Positions 26,701-38,100 of a stretch of 64,000 nucleotides of DNA are shown piece by piece. The notes beneath the pieces are model-generated. The model saw nothing but the letters and a program-made list of their open reading frames with translations, had not been told where the DNA came from and ran no database searches. Position numbers and translations under genes: made by a program. The stretch covers positions 26,536,001-26,600,000 of the forward strand of contig OZ249437.1 in assembly GCA_965235115.1 (NCBI GenBank), in the 5' to 3' direction. The first letter of the stretch is position 1. Each line of letters begins with the position of its first letter. This stretch comes from Laetmonice hystrix. Taxonomy: Eukaryota.

Positions 26701-29700
26701 TAGGATTTGGGAACATCCCACACCTCATAATTAAAACTATTTGTCAAAACTGCCCCAAGTGCTGAAGCAGGCTCCACTGCCTGTTGTGCCTGCCTGTTTG
26801 ACGGTCGTGTTTAGCATAGCCATAGCCTGGCATAGGCCTTCTCTTTGCCTGTCTAGACTAGGACTAGGACTAGAAGGCCTTAAAATATGTAATGGGGGTG
26901 TGGGGGTTTCCCCCACCGGCTTAGGCCTACGTGAGGTCAAAGAGAGGGGGTGTGGGGGATTTCCCCCACGTCTTTGTCTTGCCCTTTGCCTGCCAATGCT
27001 GCCTGGGATAATCTACACTTTCACTAGTTCAGCATAGCACTAGCAGCCTATGATTTCTAGGTCAGATAGACACGTATTATAGAAGTAACCTGTTAGGCCT
27101 ATAAACAACACGTCTCGTTCTACGTAGGCCAGGTTCTAAGCCAGAATAGTACTGCTAGAACTAGCTTGATATGTCTAGGGCTAGGCAGACAGAGGCGGGG
27201 CGAGCAGGCGCAGGCCACCGCCAGAGTGACAAGTGGTGCAAATAGTTCCGGCAGCCAAGACATCATCTCGCATATTTTCAGCAGCCAAGACTAACTTTCA
27301 CACGCAACGTACGTACTATTGCTTCAATTCCAGGTTAATAGTGACTATTAACCATACTTTGTCATGGCAAATTCAAAAATGACCTCTAGAAGGCTCTAAA
27401 ACGTCTCTGGAACATTTTGACTGGCCGCATGGCGGCCTTCATATATATATGGCCTTGACAACCAGTAAACGTTCTAATTTAGCGCCATGAAATGGGGACC
27501 CCTAAAGTGCACTAGTTCCTTTGTAACTTAACCCGCAGAGGAAGTGAGAAAACTCGATGGGGAAAAACAATAGGTTATATTTCAAATACTGCCCTTAGTG
27601 TTTACCATCAAACATCAACTTGAATGTTATGATTTTTAAAATTAGCAGACCTTTTTTGATATTCATATAGATGAATTAGTTTTATAATATTTATTATATA
27701 TTACGTGTTGTCTAATAGGATGAATTGTTGTGCGAAAGGAACGTAAATAACAAGGTTTAGACAAGCAGAGAGCGTGCTTTGTTAAAGGCTGACCAGAGAG
27801 GGCAGTAAAAACTATACTTTGGGGGCCGCAGTCACGTACTTAGGATGATGGTATGACAGACGGCGCTCCGCCCCGATCTCCCGGGTCTGACTAGACACAC
27901 AAGTGTAAACATGAATGTGATGCCCGAATGAAAAATGGCACCTCGGTATAACAGGCCTTTATAAGTCAACATGAAATATTTCTAGGCATTGAGTTTTTGC
28001 TACAATAATGTGAGGCCAGACTTTAAATCTTTTTTCTGTTTTTCCGTTAGCACTAACGACATAATGATAGACTGCGACATGCAGAGATAGACCACAATAC
28101 GTGACAAGGATTTCTGTGTCCTGGAGGACTACTGCCATGAAAATAAAACATTGACACTGTTGTTATTTATTAGGATGAAGTATTGTTATTTGCATTTCAT
28201 GTACACATAAATTTACAAGCCTTGCCGGTTTGACTTTTATTAATGCAGTCCTTGGGAGCGACCGTTTATCCGTTATTGCCGCTTTGCGACAGTCCGACAT
28301 TACCGAGTTTAGTTTATGTCTCTCCTCGGATATGTATTTTATTTGTATTTTCACAGTATATCTCAGGATTATGATTAAATTAATAGAATTTTATACCAAA
28401 AGGACGCCATTGTAAATCGCGCTCGCCGTTCCTCGTCAAAATACTCGTTTTTAGAAGACCGATAAAGATTTTCCTCTGAGGAAGGTGGAGGATGTTCCTG
28501 CGGGCTGTTTTTATTAATTCTTATCTCATTATGGTGTCAGCCAATTATTAATTTGAAAGTTTTATCATGTTGGTATCAGTAAACTGGCAAATTATGATGG
28601 TTTCACGGTGTAGGGACGTTTGGAGTTGTGAGAGGCGGTTTGAAAACTGATGGTGTTTTATGTACCTTCATAAACAACGTCGAGGACGCTTTAATCTTTC
28701 TTGCTCAAATTTATTTCTTTGAGAAGGAGTGAGTGTTTTGTTTTCTCTGGGAAGTGGATTCTGCCAGTGAATGGTGTTAAGGGATTAGCACACAATAGGG
28801 GAGGCATTGGAACAGAAACAGAACAGAACAGAAACAGAAAAGTAAACAAAAACCAGTGATACCAATTGGATTGGGGGAAAAGTCTCCTTTAATCCGGTAT
28901 TATAACGGCATATTTTAAGTAGCTGTAAATGTAACGGTAGTGGTGATGTACTTGAGTGTTAGCATGTCTTGATCGTACTTGAACCCGGGTCCTATAGTGT
29001 AATAGAGAATAGAGAGCAGCCGATAACGATATAAAATGTGATAAGGAAAATGGATATGGGGAAATAACCAACTTTTAAACTTTCTTCTTGAGTTTATGTA
29101 TTATCTACGGTAATCCAGAAGTTGGGAAAAGGACCTGATAAAATGGCTCTACTCACAAACAACTATTGATTCGAAAAATTTCTCCAAGTTGATTTTGCAG
29201 TTTTTACCCAGGAACAGATCAAGGAGTATTGTGTATTTTTCCCCATACAAACAGCACACCATATCCAGACCATGTTGACACCGTTTTCTGCCCTCAGCGG
29301 TCAGTCCTTGACCGGCGGTCAGCCTCCCACGCCGACAGAGTGACGTTTCCGGACCCTCTCAGGCTGACCTTAGAACGTTGACTGTCCCGATCATGCCCTA
29401 GCTTCCTTTCATTCACAGGAAATGCAGTCGGAGCTCTTTTTCAGTCTATAAACATTTACTTGTAGAATTCCGGTAATCGGTTATTATGACCCCTTTAGTC
29501 CTTTAGCTTGAACGAATGAACGAAGGGAAAGTCCCTCTTTCGAATTCTGTTTTCCTTTCTTCCTCTTCTCTCTCATTTAAATCGATTTCCGGAAATGGCT
29601 GAAAAAGAAAGTCTACTTCAGACCAAAGATAGAGGTTATAATTTGCAGGAGACGGTGTGAATTTGTAGGTGCGGTGAGATTGTTTGTTGTATTTTCGGGT

Positions 29701-32118
29701 CACGAGTGGCGTGTTATCAGAGGAGGTTATGTCTGTCGACATGTGAAGTTTATAAGTAGATCTGTGTGAAGTGGGTGTGGGTGGATATATTGATCTTTGT
29801 CATGGGGCCTCCCCCACACCAAGGTGTGAACTCTAGCCATGCTGAAAAATAATGTTCTCCACTCCATATTCATACTGTCCGCTCATTAAACCAAAGCCCA
29901 GTTTTTCAAAAATTATCAACTTGAGTAAAGCTTACTTAGGTAAACTAACAGGCTTCTGATTGGCTTGTCTGCTTAGACCAGCCAGTTAGAAGCCTGTTAG
30001 TTTACTTATGTAAACTTTACTCAATAAGTTGAGAATTTGTGAAAAACTGGGCCCAGGTGTCCGTACTGATCAGCTTTATGTTCTTTACTTACCGCAGATT
30101 TAAGGAATCCTATCAAAGTTCACTTGGAAATGCTATTGGTGAGTCCAAAACTTTGCGGTCATACGAAACAAAAATAAATGAAAATATATCAGTGAGTAAA
30201 TAAATAATAGAATAAATGTTGAAAAATGGTAATGTTGTACTCTCCTCCGCACAAGTTTCCTCTATGTTGTTGGCGATTTGAATACATGTAGCTGATTTTA
30301 AACAGCCGGTTTTATTAAAAGAGTTCACTGAGTTTTGATGTAATGCAGTATTTTACTCCCAATCTACACGTACCGGTATGTTTTTAATCAGAGTTTAATC
30401 AATATTATTAAAAAGACCATCAGGGAAATAAAGTGGTGGAGTTGACGGAATCCATTATTATGGATTAATTGACCCGTATCACCCTGGTCAGACCATGATA
30501 TTCGGGAAGAGATCCGTCCGACTTCAGTAAACATCTCCAATAAAAGATAACAATATACCCACTGCAGCCTATATCTGTTCAGTAAACTTCAGTAAACATC
30601 TCCAATAAAAGATAACAATATACCCACTGCAGCCCATATCTGTTCAGTAAACTTCAGTAAACATCTCCAATAAAAGATAACAATATACCCACTGCAGCCC
30701 ATATCTGTTCAGTAAACTTCAGTAGCCTAAACATCTCCAATAAAAGATAACAATATACCCACTGCAGCCCATATCTGTTCAGTAAACTTCAGTAAACATC
30801 TCCAATAAAAGATAACAGTATACCCACTGCAGCCTATATCTGTTCAGTAAACTTTAGTAAACGTCTCCAATAAAAGATAACAATATACCCACTGCAGCCC
30901 ATATCTGTTCAGTAAACTTCAGTAAACATCTCCAATAAAAGATAACAATATACCCACTGCAGCCCATATCTGTTCAGTAAACTTCAGTAAACATCTCCAA
31001 TAAAAGATAACAGTATACCCACTGCAGCCTATATCTGTTCAGTAAACTTCAGTAAACATCTTCAATAAAGGATATCAATATACCAACTGCAGCCCATATC
31101 TGTTCAGTAAACTTCAGTAAACATATTCAATAAAGGATATCAATATACCAACTGCAGCCCATATCTGTTCAGTAAACTTCAGTAAACATATTCAATAATT
31201 ATAAAGGATAATAATATACCCAAAGCAGCCTATGTTTGTTCAGAAAAATGTTTTATAAAATAGGACAGGAATATTCCATCTCAGCTCCACGACTGGGGGA
31301 ACATTTGAGAAGGTACACCCTACTAATACTTGTTTCTTGTATTAATTTGCTGATGTTTCTGTACGAATATCGTTCCAGTTAATTTTGCCCGAGTGGTCCC
31401 CAGTGGCTTGCTTATCTTCTTCCCATCCTATACTATCATGGACAAATGTCTCTCTCACTGGCAGGTACGTAACGTTTGGCTTCACTCTATTACATATCCA
31501 GCCTAATTTGTTTGAAAATATAAGCGAGGTACCCAGCCCATAGCAGTATTAGACACGTTAGTACAGTACCAGTATTAGACACGTTAGTACGGTACCAGTA
31601 TTAGACACCTTAGTACGGTACCAGTATTAGAAAAATTAGCGGAAGAATGGCGAATTTACATCATGTCGGCCACTAAGGCCATCTTTATGACGTATCGCAG
31701 GTTTATAACATAACCAAGTTCGATGAAACGACGTATTGTAGGCTACCCCGTTCTCATTAGGTACATGTCTTGTTGAACCATACGTCCCCATCACTTGCGT
31801 GATTTGTGTATGACCGGTGGTGACATCTAGTGGCAGTGACCAGCACTAAGACCAGAGTAACATCCCCAGTCGTAATGAACTGTTTGAGAATTTCTCCTGA
31901 TTGTACCTGACAGGGCAGTAATATCTGGAGTCGGATCGAGCAGTACAAACCGATATTTGTCGAGCCTCGTCACAAGGCCGAGTTCCACACAGCCATGCTC
32001 AACTTCTACGAGAAGATCAATGATCCCACCCTGAATGGGGCCATCTTTGCGGCCGTGTGTCGGGGAAAGGTAAGCAGAGGCTAAACCTGGTTGCTGGAAC
32101 CCAAAAGAGGGCTTGGGT

Positions 32119-32149
<31 letters not shown>

Positions 32150-35100
32150 GGGGTTAGGCCAGAAAAGTTTGGGGCCCACTGATCTAAACATACCACACCA
32201 ATATGAGGCAGTGTACTGTATCTATGAGGTACATGGCTGGTTTCCGTCCAGGATTGTGTCCAGGTATGTTGCCCGGTGTGTGACGTCCCCTTTGGATGGT
32301 TTGTTTATTGAGGTACATGGATGGTTTCCGTCCAGGATTGTGTCCAGGTATGTTGCCCGGTGTGTGACGTCCCCTTTGGATGGTTTGTTTATTGAGGTAC
32401 ATGGATGGTTTCCGTCCAGGATTGTGTCCAGGTATGTTGCCCGGTGTGTGACGTCCCCTTTGGATGGTTTGTTTATTGAGGTACATGGATGGTTTCCGTC
32501 CAGGATTGTGTCCAGGTATGTTGCCCGGTGTGTGATGTCCCCTTTAGATGGTTTGTTTATTGAGGTACATGGATGGTTTCCGTCCAGGATTGAGTCCAGG
32601 TATGTTGCCCAGTGTGTGACGTCCCCTTTGGATGGTTTGTTTATTGAGGTACATGGATGGTTTCCGTCCAGGATTGTGTCCAGGTATGTTGCCCAGTGTG
32701 TGACGTCCCCTTTGGATGGTTTGTTTATTGAGGTACATGGATGGTTTCCGTCCAGGATTGTGTCCAGGTATGTTGCCCAGTGTGTGACGTCCCCTTTGGA
32801 TGGTTTGTTTATTGAGGTACATGGATGGTTTCCGTCCAGGATTGTGTCCAGGTATGTTGCCCGGTGTGTGATGTCCCCTTTGGATGGTTTGTTTATTGAG
32901 GTACATGGATGGTTTCCGTCCAGGATTGTGTCCAGGTATGTTGCCCGGTGTGTGATGACCCCTTTGGATGGTTTGTTTATTGAGGTACATGGATGGTTTC
33001 CGTCCAGGATTGTGTGGACCCAGGTATGTTATCCGGTGTGTGATGTCCCCTTTGGATGGTTTGTTTATTGAGGTACATGGATGGTTTCCGTCCAGGATTG
33101 AGTCCAGGTATGTTGCCCAGTGAGTGATGTCCTCTTTGGCTGGTTTGTTTATTGAGGTACATGGATGGTTTCCGTCCAGGATTATGTCCAGGTATGTTGC
33201 CCGGTGTGTGATGTCCCCGTTGGATGGTTTGTTTATTGAGGTACATGGATGGTTTCCGTCCAGGATTGTGTGGACCCAGGTATGTTGCCCAGTGAGTGAT
33301 GTCCTCTTTTGCTGGTTTGTTTATTGAGGTACATGGATGGTTTCCGTCCAGGATTGTGTCCAGGTATGTTGCCCAGTGAGTGATGTCCCCTTTGGATGGT
33401 TTGTTTATTGAGGTACATGGATAGTTTCCGTCCAGGATTGTGTCCAGGTATGTTGCCCGGTGTGTGATGTCCTCTTTGGATGGTTTGTTTATTGAGGTAC
33501 AAGGATGGTTTCCGTCCAGGATTGTGTCCAGGTATGTTGCCCGGTGTGTGATGTCCCCTTTAGATGGTTTGTTTATTGAGGTACATGGATGGTTTCCGTC
33601 CAGGATTGTGTCCAGGTATGTTGCCCGGTGTGTGATGTCCTCTTTGGATGGTTTGTTTATTGAGGTACAAGGATGGTTTCCGTCCAGGATTGTGTCCAGG
33701 TATGTTGCCCGGTGTGTGATGTCCCCTTTAGATGGTTTGTTTATTGAGGTACAAGGATTGTTTCCGTCCAGGATTGTGTCCAGGTATGTTGCCCGGTGAG
33801 TGATGTCCCCTTTGGATGGTTTGTTTATTGAGGTACATGGATGGTTTCCGTCCAGGATTGTGTCCAGGTATGTTGCCCGGTGTGTGATGTCCCCTTTAGA
33901 TGGTTTGTTTATTGAGGTACAAGGATTGTTTCCGTCCAGGATTGTGTCCAGGTATGTTGCCCGGTGAGTGATGTCCCCCTTGGATGGTTTGTTTATTGAG
34001 GTACATGGATGGTTTCCGTCCAGGATTGTGCCGAGGTATGTTGCCCAGTGTGTGATGTCCCCTTTGGATGGTTTGTTTATTGAGGTACATGGATGGTTTC
34101 CGTCCAGGATTGAGTCCAGGTATGTTGCCCGGTGTGTGATGTCCCCTTTGGATCGTTTGTTTATTGAGGTACATGGATGGTTTCCGTCCAGGTATGTTGC
34201 CCAGTGAGTGATGTCCTCTTTGGATCGTTTGTTTATTGAGGTACATGGATTGTGTCCAGGTATGTTGCCCAGTGAGTGATGTCCTCTTTGGATGGTTTGT
34301 TTATTGAGGTACATGGATGGTTTCCGTCCAGGTATGTTGCCCAGTGAGTGATGTCCCCTTTGGATGGTTTGTTTATTAAGGTTCATGGATGGTTTCCGTC
34401 CAGGTATGTTGTCTAGTGTCTGATGTCCCCGTTGGATGGTTTGTTTATTGAGGTACATGGATGGTTTCCGTCCAGGTATGTTGTCTAGTGTCTGATGTCC
34501 CCGTTGGATGGTTTGTTTATTGAGGTACATGGATGGTTTCCGTCCAGGTATGTTGTCTAGTGTCTGATGTCCCCTTTAGATGGTTTGTTTATTGAGGTAC
34601 ATGGATGGTTTCCGTCCAGGATTGAGTCCAGGTATGTTGCCCAGTGAGTGATGTCCTCTTTGGATCGTTTGTTTATTGAGGTACATGGATGGTTTCCGTC
34701 CAGGTATGTTGTCTAGTGCCTGATGTCCCTAGTGCCTGATGGTTTGTTTATTGAGGTACATGGATGGTTTCCGTCCAGGTATGTTGTCTAGTGCCTGATG
34801 TCCCTAGTGCCTGATGGTTTGTTTATTGAGGTACATGGATGGTTTCCGTCCAGGTATGTTGTCTAGTGCCTGATGTCCCTAGTGCCTGATGGTTTGTTTA
34901 TTGAGGTACATGGATGGTTTCCGTCCAGGTATGTTGTCTAGTGCCTGATGTCCCTAGTGCCTGATGGTTTGTTTATTGAGGTACATGGATGGTTTCCGTC
35001 CAGGTATGTTGTCTAGTGCCTGATGTCCCTAGTAGTGCCTGATGGTTTGTTTATTAAGGTACATGGATGGTTTCCGTCCAGGTATGTTGCCCAGTGCCTG

Positions 35101-38100
35101 ATGTCCCTAGTGCCTGATGGTTTGTTTATTGAGGTACATGGATGGTTTCCGTCCAGGTATGTTGTCTAGTGCCTGTTGTCTAGTGCCTGATGGTTTGTTT
35201 ATTGAGGTACATGGATGGTTTCCGGCCAGGTATGTTGTCTAGTGCCTGTTGTCTAGTGCCTGATGGTTTGTTTATTGAGGTACATGGATGGTTTCCGTCC
35301 AGGTATGTTGTCTAGTGCCTGATGTCCCTAGTGCCTGATGGTTTGTTTATTGAGGTACGTGGATGGTTTCCGTCCAGGTATGTTGTCTAGTGCCTGATGT
35401 CCCCATTGGATGGTTTGTTTATTGAGGTACATGGATGGTTTCCGTCCAGGTATGTTGTCTAGTGCCTGATGTCCCTAGTGCCTGATGGTTTGTTTATTGA
35501 CAGGTCAGTGAGGGGTTGGATTTCGCTGATAACAACGGACGAGCTGTTGTAATCACAGGTCTACCGTTCCCGCCACGAATGGACCCAAAGGTCATGCTCA
35601 AGATGCAGTTCTTGGACGAGATGAGACGCCAGGGGGGCCAGGTGAGCTAGACTTACGTACCCGGCCAGGTATGGCGGGTGTGTGTGTGTGTGTGTGGGGG
35701 GGGGGGGCAGGTGTCTTTACGGTCTGAGAACTCCAATTCATCAGTCCCTACAGAAAGCAGTTTATCTTCTGTGAGTTGGATATATGGACAGATAATCCCC
35801 AGTGAGCACGACAAATGAAAATCTGGGAAATCTTAAAACCATAAAAGTAACTGTGTTGAATTGCAGGGATTGACAGGACAGGACTGGTATAGGCAGCAGG
35901 CCACCCGAGCGGTTAACCAGGCCATTGGTCGAGTGATACGACATCGGCAAGACTATGGTGCTATCATCCTTTGTGATAACAGGTAACAGAAGATCTCTGT
36001 GTCTTGTTTAATGGAAATCTAACATTCCTGACTGGTAGGTAGAAAAAGTGATATCGCAATCGCATGTCAACTTTCCCGTTGTACTACCTATCTATCATTC
36101 ACGAATTCATGAATTCGCCGCCACTGCCATTATGATAGGCTACCAGTACTGCCCATGAAAACAGGTCTTGGTGAATTCTGATAGAGATTGCAGCAACTCT
36201 CATCACCCATCAGTACGTTAGTTTAGTGTATCGTCATAACCATAGTGAATACGTCATGTTGACTGCTTCACTTCGGTAAGTCCTCGGATGGCAGCCGAAC
36301 ATTATGGAACAGTAGGCGACTCGGGAAAGTGTTGTTCCACAAGGTGGCAGCACTGTCGCACCGGTCCTCGCTCCAACAACAGAAGACAAGATTAGATAGG
36401 ACGAGGAAATGCCAAGCTGTGTCCGAATGGGTTACAACATTTTGTGATGGAAAATTACAATGTGTAGGACTTCTCGAACTCGTAGAACCTTCAAATGTTA
36501 CTTTATTTCATAATAATTACAGCTACGGCGTCCTTGCACAGATTATCCAAATCCTATGATCCAAACCATTGCCGCCACGTGGATGTGCCTGGAATGGTCC
36601 GTCCCGCATGCGTCTTGAGTCTCCCAATAAATCATAAAGAATAAAAAAAATCAATTCCCATGTCATGCGGGCCATGAGATTGGAAATGTTGATTGCTGTT
36701 GACAGATTTGGAACGCCGACCTCGCGACAACAGCTCCCCCTGTGGGTGCGACCACAGGCCACGGTTTACGAGGCGTTCGGGAAGGCGGTCCGTGAAGTGA
36801 TGATGTTCTTCAAACAGGCCGAAAAAACAGTGGGTTTCTTAGGGAAACGTTTTACCGCTTCACCTCACCACTCGTCACCCAACTGTCCGTGTAATTTAAC
36901 CCAACCCCATTTCTTAGGGTTCCTGACACGTAATAAACCCCTCCAGTTTCTCACATGTAGACATTATTCTCCCCAGATGCCGACCCCTGGTGGTCCCAAG
37001 GTACGGGTACCTACCAGCACTGCTCGCGCCAATACTGGGGCTTACTTCATGCCTACCATCTCACGGACCTCTACAGAAAGTCTGGAGCGGGCCTCCACTG
37101 TTGCTACTCATGTCCCAAGCCTTAAACCTAAACCAGGTGAGTGGGCCTCTCAACCCTGTATACCTCTCGTTTTTTTAATTTTTGTTAATTATTTATTTTA
37201 TCCTCTTTTTTTTGGGGGGGGGGGGGGAGTTTATGACGACGTTATTTAAAGTCAGAATGTAGTTATTCCAGAGTAAATGTGATGTGGTGGTTATATTTTG
37301 AAGCTGTGATGTCTACGGAGTTATCGCTTGCCAAGATGAAAGAACAGTACAAACAGACGTGTGCGGCACCCAGTACAAGTACTGTCACAAAACGGGGACT
37401 ACTCGATGCTCTGTCTCATACCGAGGTCAGGATCAACTCTAGAGTAACTCTATCAGAGATAGTTGGCCAGCTGTTCGGTTATAATTGTGTAATCCTCGAC
37501 ATTTTCCCAGTTTGTGAGAGACTGGTATCGTTTATGGTCCAGTGCTAGGAATGCCTCTCATTGTCTGGTAGTGATTCTCTAAGTGAGATGACGGGTGTAC
37601 CAAGCAGTTACCTGTGGGTTAATCTGTTCCCTGTATGATGTTACAGGTGGCTGGTCGCAGTGGTTCTCAGACGTTCAATGACACTCAGGTCAGTGTACAT
37701 TATGTCGTCATACTGGGTGGTATCATCATGGTTACCGTTTACAGGAGGCTGTAATCTCCTTACCCGTCCAGATCATTCACAGCGGTCAGTCCGGGAGAAT
37801 TATGGGAGCCTCTGGACCGGCATGAATGGGGAATATTTCAAAAAAACGTCATCACAATGTATCTAGAAAACATGTTTTGTTGGTACTTCAGGTCCCTTCA
37901 TACCAGGCGGAACTAAAGCAGAGTCAAGCCAAACCCAAGAAGAAAATTGTTTTGAAGAAGGTATGTCAAAAGCTTTGTGCGTCTCTGAGTTCTGTTGGGA
38001 AAACCCCCTATGGATCGAAAACATGTGCTAATTGATTGGTTGTTCTGTTTGTTTTGCTTACAGTCAGATAATCAGTCGGACGTGTTCAAAGACAGGTTAC

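Noticed and set aside
32091-34530. Long ORFs of 326 aa (+) and 517 aa (-) and other ORFs in this block
   Set aside because: They are translations of the tandem array (units of 84 and 72 bp are multiples of 3) inside an RTEL1 intron. They have no domain content or gene signals.
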